A stretch of 20,580 bases of DNA from Barthelona sp. PCE (GCA_040285745.1 JAUFOR010000002.1:2108001-2128580), one strand, 5' to 3'. Shown: positions 1 through 9,818, counted from the stretch's first letter. Program-made: numbers and translations. The notes: a model not told the origin generated them from the letters alone.

Positions 1-435
1 GATGCAGCTAACGCCCTCGCACCCCTTGGTGCCATTGTCGGTGTGTGGCAGACCGAATCCATCGAGCTTGAGAACGCCATTCCCATGTGGGCTACTCTTC
101 TGACTGCTACTGGTATCATTATTGGTCTCCTTGTATTAGGTCACCGCGTTATTGGTACGATTGGTGAGGGTATTGCCTCAGTCTGCCCAAGATCCGGTTT
201 CGTCGCATCATTCGCCTCTACGCTTATGGTTTTGATTGGATCAGCTCTTGGTCTTCCTCTATCTTCCTCTCACATTCTCACAGGGTCAGTTGTCGGTGTA
301 TCCATCGCAAAGGGTGTCCCTGTTAAGTGGAAGCTCGTTGGTTCAATCGGTATCAGTTGGATCGTCACATTACCCGCATCTGCCGCCGCTACGGCAGGTT
401 TCTACGCCCTGATTAAACTTGGGCAGTCCTCATAG
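1..435 (+). CDS. Inorganic phosphate transporter, PiT/PHO4 (SLC20) family, C-terminal part (5' truncated by window)
   Basis: The frame is open from base 1: DAANALAPLGAI resembles the second PiT signature (GAND)VANAIGP. It also has GHRVIGTIGEGI, GLPLSSSHILTGSVVGV (PVSTTH motif) and SWIVTLPASA. It ends with TAG at 433-435. Confidence 0.92.
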   Translation, partial: DAANALAPLGAIVGVWQTESIELENAIPMWATLLTATGIIIGLLVLGHRVIGTIGEGIASVCPRSGFVASFASTLMVLIGSALGLPLSSSHILTGSVVGVSIAKGVPVKWKLVGSIGISWIVTLPASAAATAGFYALIKLGQSS

Positions 436-473
436 TCATATCCCCGCTGTTAATTGCAGTAAAAACTTGTTTT

Positions 474-1397
474 TTATTCACTTTCATCGTCGTCTTCCAG
501 CACTCTTTGCTGCTTCTTTTTGATTAGGTCAAAATCTTCGATATCGCTTTCGCTCGATAGTTCTCCGTCACTTTCATTGTAACCTCCAATACCATCCTCT
601 ACTACAATTGAGCTGATTAACTTCAGTTCTTCCTGTTGCTCCTTTGATTTCTGACGACGTACCTGTGACGCTGTACGTTTCTTCTCCATCTCAAACAGTG
701 GGATGGATGCTTCGTCGATAGGCTCGGGTTTTGGTTCTCTAAGTTTAGAAATATCTATATCGAAATCAATATCATCATCATTTACGCCAAGAGCTGTATT
801 CATCGGCATTTGCATCGGTAGAGAACTATCCAAAGGTGCCACTGGATCGAATGGAGCGTTAGGGATGAAAGGTTCGAACTCTTCATCAGAAAAAACAAGA
901 CTAGCATCATCTTCGTTACGGTGATGGTATAAATCATAGTGCTCCATGTTATATCCCCGCTGCTTGAGGGCTTCCAGCTGTGCTTCTGTGATTTCGGGAT
1001 CGAAACGACCCATCTCGGCAACATCTTTCAGTCGATTGCGAATCTTTGGGTTCTTGGCTTTTGTGAGGTTATAGATACCAAATGCAAATTTGGGAAAATC
1101 CTTGCCGCTTCTATTGTCGAAACGCATTGCCCAAGTACTGAAAAACTTGCTCAAGTACTCGAAAACTTGGCTTGGCCTCATTTTCTCCAATTTTTCAGGG
1201 GAGTAACAATATTTAAGCAGCCAGTTTACACCCACATCGGGGTCAAACAATCGCTCAGCCTTCTCACTAGCTGTTTGAGGTTTCTTACTGGTTTTTTTTT
1301 TAGCCGATTGAAGTTCATTCAGATCGAATGTATCATCGAGTAAATCACCCGGGTCCATGTCTATCATGGTATCTAGCATAGATGTTCTGTTGGTCAT
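474..1397 (-). CDS. Divergent Tipin/Swi3/Csm3-like replication fork protection protein (307 aa)
   Basis: The segment AERLFDPDVGVNWLLK...YLSKFFSTWAMRF...FPKFAFGIYNL...KIRNRLKDV follows the Swi3 domain pattern (ERLL...GL..L....WAHRLFPK..F.DF....L). Acidic low-complexity flanks are typical of Tipin. Confidence 0.55.
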   Translation of the reverse strand: MTNRTSMLDTMIDMDPGDLLDDTFDLNELQSAKKKTSKKPQTASEKAERLFDPDVGVNWLLKYCYSPEKLEKMRPSQVFEYLSKFFSTWAMRFDNRSGKDFPKFAFGIYNLTKAKNPKIRNRLKDVAEMGRFDPEITEAQLEALKQRGYNMEHYDLYHHRNEDDASLVFSDEEFEPFIPNAPFDPVAPLDSSLPMQMPMNTALGVNDDDIDFDIDISKLREPKPEPIDEASIPLFEMEKKRTASQVRRQKSKEQQEELKLISSIVVEDGIGGYNESDGELSSESDIEDFDLIKKKQQRVLEDDDESE

Positions 1398-1567
1398 TGC
1401 AATTTTGACGACATAGATGTGAAAAGGGATGTAAGTGCAATTACATGGAATATTGTCGCTGTATAGCTTCCTAATTACATTGAGACAGGAAGGAAGGGTG
1501 AATTATATTTTTTAAGTATATGTGGAAGTGTTTGTGAGTTTTTTTCTTATCTAACATCATTCAGCAC

Positions 1568-2479
1568 ATGAAATCAGCGGATCAAATCATCAAAGAGGCA
1601 AAGGAGCAGGTCCAAAAGGGGGATATTAGCAAAGCAGCTAATATTCTAGTAAGGGGTGTTGATTCATACCCTGAAAACATCACAATGCTTGAAACAGCAG
1701 CTGAAATATTCATGATGGGCCAGCTGGGGCCACAGGCGCTTTACTGTTTGGAACAATCTTTTAAACTGGACGATGAAGGAAAGCGTGCCACTCGTCATTT
1801 CCTTATAGGGCAACTGCTTGACGCAGAGTCCGCCGTTGAGCATCTTACATCAGCATTTGACATACTTACGAGTGGAATCGATGAAGAATTGTCGGAGAAA
1901 GAGATGGTTAGTCGTGTTGGCGATGTTTTGTGCGCTTTACTCGAGACTTACATCACCGATCTTGCCGAGAACCTGGATGAAAACGAGGGTTTCAAGGCTG
2001 CTGTGGAAGCAGCTGTCGAATACCTTGAAGATAATTCATCTTTTGACCTGTGTGTTACGCTGGGAGACTGTTACCTGAGCATGCATGATGGGGACAGTGC
2101 AGTGGAGTGCTTGGAGGCCGCATGGGAGCGCTTCGAGACAGATTTCGATGAATGTAACGAATCGCGCCTTTTCCGGTTTGGTCAACTTCTAGTTGAAATA
2201 CAGCAAGAGGATAAGGCCATAGAGGTCCTAAACGCCTCGGTGTCATACAACGAGGACAACATAGAGGTACTAGAACTGCTTGGCTCACTTTTATTGATGA
2301 ACAATGATGAAGACGCTTTGGAAATATGCCAAAAGGGATCAAACGTGTGTCGAGGCACGATTCGTGATTTACAGGATGCGGACGAGGTGGATACAGATCT
2401 CATTGAGTACTTTAGCGCTTTCAAACAACGTTTCGAGGCATTAGAAGACCACATTAAAAATTCTCCTGAAGACGAGTAG
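1568..2479 (+). CDS. TPR protein, Acl4-like (assembly chaperone of Rpl4), 303 aa
   Basis: Acidic helical TPR-like repeats. HFLIGQLLDAESAVEHL and DVLCALLETYITDL match the Acl4 motifs (YL.LAQL....A...F; LCS.AEIYMTDL). Confidence 0.7.
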   Translation: MKSADQIIKEAKEQVQKGDISKAANILVRGVDSYPENITMLETAAEIFMMGQLGPQALYCLEQSFKLDDEGKRATRHFLIGQLLDAESAVEHLTSAFDILTSGIDEELSEKEMVSRVGDVLCALLETYITDLAENLDENEGFKAAVEAAVEYLEDNSSFDLCVTLGDCYLSMHDGDSAVECLEAAWERFETDFDECNESRLFRFGQLLVEIQQEDKAIEVLNASVSYNEDNIEVLELLGSLLLMNNDEDALEICQKGSNVCRGTIRDLQDADEVDTDLIEYFSAFKQRFEALEDHIKNSPEDE

Positions 2480-2480
2480 A

Positions 2481-3038
2481 TCATTTGCATCTCCATGACT
2501 GGCTCTCGCGTGATATGCTGGCCGGGATATGGTAGCACTCTGGTGTGTATCTTCCGGCATTTGCCAATAAATCAAACAACGGTGCACACTTCAACTGAAC
2601 ACCCTGGGGTACCGTGAACGTCAAGTGCTCTGGGAGCTCGCACACATAGAAGTGTAGCGTCTGACGGGGAGATGTGCAATGCGGTGGAATGTATGGATAA
2701 AATCGAGGATCAAGAGAAGGTCTATAAAGGCATGCCACCTTCTTTAGCACCTGAATCGTGTTGCACTGCTCGCCGACCCACGGTTCAAGCGACTCAGTAC
2801 GCATTGTAAAGTTGTTATTGGCACGAATGATTGGAAAGTGGAAGAGACCGTTTGCCTCTGGTGTGCTGAACAGGAAAACATGCGGATGCTCGTAGTCGTG
2901 GCACAATAGTATGGGAATGTGACACTCAATACCCTCTCTAAGTTCCTTTTGAGTTGGAAAGGTTGGTATTTGGCGGTTTTGTTGTGCAATTGCATAATTG
3001 TCCTTCGAATAAAGGGTGATTGGCTGTTGGAATGACAT
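2481..3038 (-). CDS. NUDT21: Cleavage factor Im 25 kDa subunit (CPSF5/NUDT21), divergent, 185 aa
   Basis: ITLYSKDNY (cf. INLYPLTNY), LLCHDYEHPHVFL (cf. LIVHEHRLPHVLL), YRPSLDPRFYPYIPPHCTSPRQ (cf. [22 protein letters not shown]) and CAPLFDLLANAGRY (cf. AAPLFELYDNAPGY). Confidence 0.9.
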   Translation of the reverse strand: MSFQQPITLYSKDNYAIAQQNRQIPTFPTQKELREGIECHIPILLCHDYEHPHVFLFSTPEANGLFHFPIIRANNNFTMRTESLEPWVGEQCNTIQVLKKVACLYRPSLDPRFYPYIPPHCTSPRQTLHFYVCELPEHLTFTVPQGVQLKCAPLFDLLANAGRYTPECYHIPASISRESQSWRCK

Positions 3039-3104
3039 ATGAATTCACTTTGATATTGATGAAAAGGGTGTAATTCGATATCACACCTTTACTTCAGTGT
3101 CAAT

Positions 3105-4469
3105 ATGCCAGGACTGTCGTCAAATCTGCGTGCAAAGCGACAATCGACCTTCAGAACCAATATCCCACAGTTTAAGGGTAGCGCAAACGATGCGGATTTG
3201 CTTTCTCGTCTTGTTGGTCTTTGTGACGATCGAAAGATCCGTGAGAAACAGGAAACAGCTTGTATGACGGGAGAGCCAGAGGTTGAAGAACCAGTGTCAG
3301 ACGGTGAAGAGCAGGCAAAAGAAAGTGAGGAAATGTTTACATTTCCGCAGTTTAAGGCAGCAGAGCCAGCAACAGAAGTGTCCGATTCGCTGTACGAGAA
3401 CCCCACAAAGAAGAGGAAGCTCTTATTCAAAGTGCCTGAGGCAAAGAATAAGCCTTCTAAGGCTGATGATAGAAGCGTAATATCTTTATTGAGCGCACGT
3501 ACACACCATCTGGAGGTGCTTTTGAAGTCACGTGACGTCGAGATAGCGAGCCTCAAACTAGAGATCGACGAACTGCACCGCATCAAGCAGAACAGTGATA
3601 GTGTGGAGGTCAAACGTTTGCAGAACCAGTTGGTCGCGATGACGCAGTTTTTGGAGGACTATGGGCTCGTGTGGCTAGGAGGCGCCGAGGGAGCGAGACC
3701 ATCAGCCGTTGGCCCAGTCCCAGCAGCAGTCCAGCAGTTCCCTGTTGATTTTGCCAAGGAGTTCGTCTCTGCACTGAGGGGCATCAGCGCGGTGGCCGAT
3801 GAGCAGGTTGATGCGACTTTTGTTAGGGACGGAAAGGTGACGAAGCTGACGACCGCAGAGGTGCCCATTGTGGTGTTTAAGAACGGTTTCTCTGTGGATC
3901 GAGGCATGTTCCGTGCTTTCGACTCGCCTTCTTCTCTGGGATTCGTCCAGGATATCATGGAGGGGTACTACCCAACAGAGTTTAAGGAGAAATTTCCAAA
4001 GGGACTTGGGTTCGAGATCCACGACAGCTCAGACCAATCATATGAGGACTATAAGAGCGCAAGTACTGGTGTACACACCGTTCATAACGCCCCGCGTCCA
4101 CTCTCCCCCGGTGCACTGGTTGCTAAGCTTCCAACGAGCAAGAATGGAGTTTCTGTACGAAAAGATATTGAGGACAGTTTCGGGTTTGCCAAGAACGATA
4201 GCAGAGCCCAGTTACTACAGACGATCCGTCTGGACGATGCGTTGGATACAAACGTCGCTACTACTAAGATTCGTATTAAGACCGATACTGGTATCATTCA
4301 AATCCGTTTACCAATTACTGAGACGGTCCGGGCACTGCTGAACCATGTTATCAACCACGGCCATACTGGCCGTCGGGTGTTCTGCCCTGCAAAGAGGGCG
4401 GATCTTGAGTTGGATGCAACACTGCAAGAGTGTGAGTTATTCCCGCAAGCTTTTGTGATTGTGAATTAG
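3105..4469 (+). CDS. UBXN11: UBXN11/Socius-like p97 cofactor (coiled coil + SEP + C-terminal UBX-like domain), 454 aa
   Basis: A coiled coil ends in MTQFLEDYGLVWLG (cf. UBXN11 MERFLSDYGLQWVG). A SEP domain follows (VFKNGFSVDRGMFRAF...FVQDIMEGYYPTEF). The C-terminus is ubiquitin-like (TTKIRIKTDTG...TLQECELFPQAFV). Confidence 0.82.
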   Translation: MPGLSSNLRAKRQSTFRTNIPQFKGSANDADLLSRLVGLCDDRKIREKQETACMTGEPEVEEPVSDGEEQAKESEEMFTFPQFKAAEPATEVSDSLYENPTKKRKLLFKVPEAKNKPSKADDRSVISLLSARTHHLEVLLKSRDVEIASLKLEIDELHRIKQNSDSVEVKRLQNQLVAMTQFLEDYGLVWLGGAEGARPSAVGPVPAAVQQFPVDFAKEFVSALRGISAVADEQVDATFVRDGKVTKLTTAEVPIVVFKNGFSVDRGMFRAFDSPSSLGFVQDIMEGYYPTEFKEKFPKGLGFEIHDSSDQSYEDYKSASTGVHTVHNAPRPLSPGALVAKLPTSKNGVSVRKDIEDSFGFAKNDSRAQLLQTIRLDDALDTNVATTKIRIKTDTGIIQIRLPITETVRALLNHVINHGHTGRRVFCPAKRADLELDATLQECELFPQAFVIVN

Positions 4470-4690
4470 CATGGTGGAGGAGCTGCACTGCGACACCTTC
4501 GAATCTGTGGCATTGGGTTGTCTCTCACTTCTCTAGGTCTCTCTGAGCAGGCTTGGTATCGTTTCACGCCTCTTAGGAATAGCGGACTGTTGAAATGTGA
4601 CAGGTTCTTTGTGTCATCGGTTTTAAACGGTTTTTGGTCTCCTACAATGGGTGTAGGCATGTTTTCTTGCACAACAGGCGGTGTAGACAT
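4466..4690 (-). CDS. Small hypothetical protein (74 aa, Pro/basic-rich)
   Basis: ATG is preceded by AAA and a TTTTTCA Inr-like motif (4701-4707). The ORF exactly fills the gap between neighbours, and its stop overlaps the UBXN11 stop. No family recognised. Confidence 0.5.
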   Translation of the reverse strand: MSTPPVVQENMPTPIVGDQKPFKTDDTKNLSHFNSPLFLRGVKRYQACSERPREVRDNPMPQIRRCRSAAPPPC

Positions 4691-4751
4691 TTTGATGGGG
4701 TGAAAAAAACAAAAGCAAATACGAACTTTTCAATTGTGTTGTTTATTCTTG

Positions 4752-5453
4752 TTAGGATGCAAACTTGATGTATGCGTTTGTCATGCTTAGAGTATCTCTG
4801 TAGTTGATGTTGTCTGCGCGAAGCAGAGATACTAGCCCGTATTGTTCCTCGTATTCAGCAATGGTTTTAACGGTGCTCTGAGACTCGAAGAATTTCAGAA
4901 TGTCTCTCTCCATCATCGCGATTGTTGCCTCATCTACACCATGCGCCACTTCAACGTCAAGATAGAAAGATGGTTCCAGACCTAATTCCAGGATTTGTGC
5001 AGCAAGTTCAGGGTGTTTGTTCAGAATTCCATATTGTTTAGCACGTACTGATATGAGTAAGACATTATGCAATCTTTTCATGAGTTTGATGAATATTATA
5101 AGCTGTAAAAGTCGTAGTTTGACAGTATCATTGCTATGTGTGACTAATTGAAGATCAAGAAGAGAGAAATAGGGACTTTTGTTGAATTTGAACCTTAAAA
5201 TGTGCTCTGCAAACGCTAAAATCTCAGATGGCGTCCTATTATCTGGGTTTAACGTTGTTGGTGCCATTTTTATGAAATAACTTGACAATTTATGTGAAAA
5301 CCTAAAGATTACATAGTGAAACACTTCACTATAGATGCGTGCATCATTTCCCAACTGTTTGATATCTGAAAAAAGTGAACTAATTTCTTCCGGCGGCATT
5401 TTTAGAACTTTTAAATCGACTCTCAACGCATGGACAAGATCTATAACGTTCAT
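4752..5453 (-). CDS. CEP44-domain (centriolar) protein-like, 233 aa
   Basis: The N-terminal ~130 aa follow the CEP44 domain pattern: LRVDLKVLKMP, FHYVIFRFSHKLSSYF, AEHILRFKFNKSPYFS (cf. YKLLRDQFNYKPILT) and FIKLMKRLHNVL (cf. ILNCVMKKHKEL). Confidence 0.55.
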   Translation of the reverse strand: MNVIDLVHALRVDLKVLKMPPEEISSLFSDIKQLGNDARIYSEVFHYVIFRFSHKLSSYFIKMAPTTLNPDNRTPSEILAFAEHILRFKFNKSPYFSLLDLQLVTHSNDTVKLRLLQLIIFIKLMKRLHNVLLISVRAKQYGILNKHPELAAQILELGLEPSFYLDVEVAHGVDEATIAMMERDILKFFESQSTVKTIAEYEEQYGLVSLLRADNINYRDTLSMTNAYIKFAS

Positions 5454-5558
5454 ATGTCAAAATGAAGCGCTTCACAGAATTAAAAGAGTACAGAAAAGAG
5501 TTTGAATGTGTAAAACGATTTCTTTAAGTATACTATTTTAAGAGATTGAGCACTAAAA

Positions 5559-7697
5559 ATGACTGCAATGAGAAGGGAGGGAGCGGGTCATGTACCAGTA
5601 GATATTGGTGAAAATACCTCTATCTTGCTTATAAATCAAGATTCATTTATTGTTGCTCATGAAGATGGAAATAGCTTTGTTTTTGACACAGTCGGTGCCA
5701 GAAAGATATTAGACATTCACATGGAGTATCATAGTCTGGAAACCCCTGGTTGTTTACATTTCGTTAGGTGTTTTTCAGACTCAAGTGTTTTGGCAGTAAT
5801 CGATGGTACGAACATTAATTTTGTGACAGGTGACAATATGTCAACACACAAGTACGTAATTGAAGGTCAAGCAGGTCTGAAATTCAGGAGAGCATTCCTA
5901 TTAGATTTGCATGTGATTGTTTTCGAAATGAACCACACATTAAAAATTGTTTATTTCGATGATGAGTACCGGTCTACAGCAGTTAAACATATGGACTGGT
6001 GTACTGAAGAAGAGTACCAGCATTATCGTTACGGTTACAGGAACGTTTTAACCTTGGACAGCATTGCCTTTTGCAACGGAAAAGAGTTGGTGATATCACC
6101 AGCCATGTTACAGCGATGTGATGCTGATTTCGAGCTGACGCCTCGCGTTTTGGGGTTCACATCTCTGATGAGCGAAGATCGTGAACTCAGTGTGTTGCCT
6201 CTCGGTAATACAGATGGTTTCTTAACGTACAAATGGGGGGACAGTTGCGTTTCAGACATGACGCTGTGGCACTATGTAGACAACGAGTTGGTTCCCATTA
6301 GTGTCTCTGATATGGTTGGCCCGATCATGATGCCATCTGAGTTGAAGGCAGTGGACGCATTCATGTCATTGTCTGCTATCGACCCCCCACGTCGTGTGGA
6401 TGTTGTTGAGTTTTCTATGGAGATGAAGCGGATTAAGTTACTGTTTGAGTGCAAACGTGGAAAACAGCATTACCGTATGTTAACAGCCACAGCCGGAGAG
6501 GATTCTAGATTTGACATTCTTACCGGTTTAGATATGGTCTCTGATTTCTATCTTCCCTACACACCCTTCAAAACCGAGTTTTACGGTTTAAATCCTTTTG
6601 CGTTCTGTTTCGACAGGGAGAGAAGAAAAGTGCTTCAAGGAAAACTGTTTCCTTTCGATTTCAGTGCCCCTAGGTTATTTGACTTGGATAAGATGAACAG
6701 CTGTGCGCACAATGGTGTGTTTTACTGCAACGATAATGGGGTTTCCTTTTTTGATTTTGATAACTGTATTTTGTTTCATACAAGCGTTATGCCTCACATA
6801 GTTAAAGACTGTGGGGCCCACCTGTTCCCCCAAAAGGAGTGGTACATTGCTTCAGCCGGAGATACAGTTATTCATATTCAGGGAAGTGATAAGTTCGTGT
6901 ACTTGAAGAAAGACCAACATATCCTTGAAGAACCATTTTGGCAGTTCAAGACGAACGACACCTGCTCTTTGATCGGTCATGCGGAACCAAGAAACCTGAT
7001 AGCGAGTTATCCACGCGGTGGCGGATTGAGGTTCATCGATGCTTCGACGGGCGAGATAAACGACATTGCTGCAATCATTCACCGCTTTTATAAGCTGCTA
7101 GAGTACAAATTTGAGCATTTCATATTCCAGAGTTCTACCGAATATTATGTTGCGAGTTTATCGGACGGAGAGTGGGATGTGCGAAAGTCACACTGCGTTG
7201 AATGTGACAGGGATTCTACCGTGACATATAACGCTGATAGAGCCGGTCCGACCTGTTACTCGGTCCATAACCGGTATGGAAGGGGAGAAAGCTTTGATTT
7301 GTTTTTTGATAATTGCTTTATTAAGGTTAAGTGCAAGTTTCACTGTTTTCTAGATTCAAATCTTGTGCTAATTGACACTGGTATATTCTCATTCGATGAA
7401 AGTGGACTTCATTCTCAGCTAAAATTTGAACACTATGACCCTTCATTAAAAGTATGGTCGGGTTTTGCCTTTAAGAGTGGCTCAAATTTCTTCTATGACA
7501 GAGAGTCCAAACAATTGCGTATCTTTGTGTATGACGAAGGCATTCATTCCTTTAAAAGGTTTAATATTTCAATTGAGCACAACAGTGTATCAGAAGTGTA
7601 CGTTCATGTTTTTGAGTTGCGTGATTGGCTCCAAAAAGCTGAGATCAGATCTTTCCCTCACGTTGACCTTGACTATACGAACAAAAGGGTGAGATAA
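5559..7697 (+). CDS. Hypothetical 712-aa beta-rich protein, probable distant member of the family at 7743 and 11588
   Basis: Long uninterrupted ORF rich in F/H/C/D beta-strand patterns. Its C-terminal motifs (FFYDRESKQLRIFVYD; VHVFELRDWLQKAEIRSF) echo those of the neighbouring paralogues. Confidence 0.85.
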   Translation: MTAMRREGAGHVPVDIGENTSILLINQDSFIVAHEDGNSFVFDTVGARKILDIHMEYHSLETPGCLHFVRCFSDSSVLAVIDGTNINFVTGDNMSTHKYVIEGQAGLKFRRAFLLDLHVIVFEMNHTLKIVYFDDEYRSTAVKHMDWCTEEEYQHYRYGYRNVLTLDSIAFCNGKELVISPAMLQRCDADFELTPRVLGFTSLMSEDRELSVLPLGNTDGFLTYKWGDSCVSDMTLWHYVDNELVPISVSDMVGPIMMPSELKAVDAFMSLSAIDPPRRVDVVEFSMEMKRIKLLFECKRGKQHYRMLTATAGEDSRFDILTGLDMVSDFYLPYTPFKTEFYGLNPFAFCFDRERRKVLQGKLFPFDFSAPRLFDLDKMNSCAHNGVFYCNDNGVSFFDFDNCILFHTSVMPHIVKDCGAHLFPQKEWYIASAGDTVIHIQGSDKFVYLKKDQHILEEPFWQFKTNDTCSLIGHAEPRNLIASYPRGGGLRFIDASTGEINDIAAIIHRFYKLLEYKFEHFIFQSSTEYYVASLSDGEWDVRKSHCVECDRDSTVTYNADRAGPTCYSVHNRYGRGESFDLFFDNCFIKVKCKFHCFLDSNLVLIDTGIFSFDESGLHSQLKFEHYDPSLKVWSGFAFKSGSNFFYDRESKQLRIFVYDEGIHSFKRFNISIEHNSVSEVYVHVFELRDWLQKAEIRSFPHVDLDYTNKRVR

Positions 7698-7742
7698 GAT
7701 ATCACATTCTGAATTTAAAAAAAAAATTACTCTTTGTTATGA

Positions 7743-9818
7743 TCATGGTAATTGATACTCAAAGATGGACGCCTCCGCCATGAAAGATGGAAGGTGAAAT
7801 GTTTCGACTGTGGGATTCATCGATTCCGGGTCTTTATCAACGTTATATGTTTTTAAAATCATTGTCTTGGTTTCTTCTTCGTAAGACATATCTTGAACAG
7901 TGTTATTGGGTAGATTTGGATCGTGGCTTATCTTCATATCAGGAGAATATGGTAAATTGTCGTTTCTGAAAAAACGCGTCTTAATTGCACCTGCTTTGAC
8001 ATATGCTTCAATGATACCATCCTTAACGTGCATGTACGAATCTCCCACGAAATCTCGAAAAAAGTTGCCTTCCTCAATTTGTTCATGTTTGTAATACTGA
8101 AAAAGCAGAACAGGCTCTAAGTATCTTTCTGTTGACCAATCTAAACAATGTAAATGCTGTGTTTCTGCATTTATACTACCTGTGTATACAACAAACAGTT
8201 GATGATCAGCTGTTGCAGCCAATGGACGAGGATTGAAAAACACGTAACGAATATATTCGTTACGTTCACAAATAATGTGCTTTTGAATATCCACAACATA
8301 CCCGTTAATATTGAACCGAAAGAAATGGATTGCATTACTACACAGAATACACGCTGAATTATCAATATGTGAACCATGAGCACTTCTAACGGAAATATTC
8401 GGAGGAAGCTCCAAAATCACCTTACTGCCTAAATAAACCAAGCATGTATTATCTTCACGATAGTCAACATTAACGGGCAACCCTTGAATAAAACCAAAGT
8501 GTTTAGTGCCACAATGAGGTAAAATGGTTGTTGTGATGGGCATGGATTCTGGCCCACGCCAGTGAATTTTGATGTAAAACTCACCTTCTTCACTATGTTT
8601 CCATGCCACTACAAAAAAATCATCTCCTTCATCTGGTTGAACTGATTGGATCTCGTAGTTCGTACGTGATATACCCTTCAGAATAACAAGCTTCCTTTCT
8701 TTAAAACTGATGTAAAAATCATCATACACTTCCGCTATTCCATCAAAAAAAATTCCTGTTGGATTAAGACTTTTTAAATGCACAACCTCATTACCAACCT
8801 CACTGAATTTGATTGGGCCATAACGTCTTCTTCTATTCGCACCAAATAAAACACAACCTTCATCATGAAAGTAATTATCGTTCAAATCTATATGCTTCAA
8901 GTCATTGCAAAGTACATTATTAAGCTTCATTTCACCCTCTGACATCGTTAATTCACCGTTTTCGATATGAATCACCGTAAAACTTGATCCAATGAATACC
9001 ATAGACAGAACATCTTGGGTGAGCGTTAATAATGCAAAATTTGAGTTTCTGTTTAAAAACAAGCCCTTAAGCTGCGGAAACCTTTTTGTCAAGTTAACTC
9101 GGTTCCTTTGACTGTCAAATATTATTAGTTCATCAATTTCTTGATCGCGAAACCTGACTGAGCAAATACAATTACAATTTAAACAGTAAAAACAGTTAAT
9201 TATCTCATGTATGTGCTCAATATCAGGTTCATGTGACTCGTCCATGTCATCAACAGAAAAATTGTAATGCCATATGGAATCATCTTGGCAATTCCTCAAC
9301 AAAATGTAGTTTGGAGTTCTCACCGAAATTGAGTAATATTCTCCAAGACATCTATAATCATAGGTTATAACATTTAATATGTAGGATTGTATCACTCTTC
9401 TATTATTAACGGTTTCCCTAATGGCGAATAATAGATGATTTTCATCCATCGGAATTATTCTGCTTGATAGACTTTTGATCATCGGAAACGGAAAGGGTAT
9501 TCTCCTGCTTATATGTTCATCGCTCATGATATCATTAAACAATAAAATATCAAGATGGGTTAAAAAGTTACTGTCATAAAGCTCGTCAATTATCATGTAA
9601 GATTCTCCAGCTTTTAATTTGGATGTGTACTTAAGAGGCTCACCCGTGTCCTCCACATACCCAGCAAAGTCCTTGCCTTCAATGGCGCTTTCAATGAGGC
9701 TGATATCTTTGTTTTCTCTTGATGAAAGCAATCTTACGCCCTGGCCCTCAAATATAAGCTGCCCCTCAGGATACGCCTTCATTACAAGGTCATCCTCGAA
9801 TTTACGAACCCTGGGCAT
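7743..9818 (-). CDS. Hypothetical 691-aa protein, lineage-specific multigene family, copy A (intact)
   Basis: Uninterrupted ORF that is collinear along its whole length with the paralogue at 11588-13644. Confidence 0.9.
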   Translation of the reverse strand: MPRVRKFEDDLVMKAYPEGQLIFEGQGVRLLSSRENKDISLIESAIEGKDFAGYVEDTGEPLKYTSKLKAGESYMIIDELYDSNFLTHLDILLFNDIMSDEHISRRIPFPFPMIKSLSSRIIPMDENHLLFAIRETVNNRRVIQSYILNVITYDYRCLGEYYSISVRTPNYILLRNCQDDSIWHYNFSVDDMDESHEPDIEHIHEIINCFYCLNCNCICSVRFRDQEIDELIIFDSQRNRVNLTKRFPQLKGLFLNRNSNFALLTLTQDVLSMVFIGSSFTVIHIENGELTMSEGEMKLNNVLCNDLKHIDLNDNYFHDEGCVLFGANRRRRYGPIKFSEVGNEVVHLKSLNPTGIFFDGIAEVYDDFYISFKERKLVILKGISRTNYEIQSVQPDEGDDFFVVAWKHSEEGEFYIKIHWRGPESMPITTTILPHCGTKHFGFIQGLPVNVDYREDNTCLVYLGSKVILELPPNISVRSAHGSHIDNSACILCSNAIHFFRFNINGYVVDIQKHIICERNEYIRYVFFNPRPLAATADHQLFVVYTGSINAETQHLHCLDWSTERYLEPVLLFQYYKHEQIEEGNFFRDFVGDSYMHVKDGIIEAYVKAGAIKTRFFRNDNLPYSPDMKISHDPNLPNNTVQDMSYEEETKTMILKTYNVDKDPESMNPTVETFHLPSFMAEASIFEYQLP
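9592..9818 (-). repeat. Near-identical 5' header shared with 13418-13644
   Basis: Manual alignment gives about 11 substitutions over ~227 nt and no indels. Confidence 0.9.
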
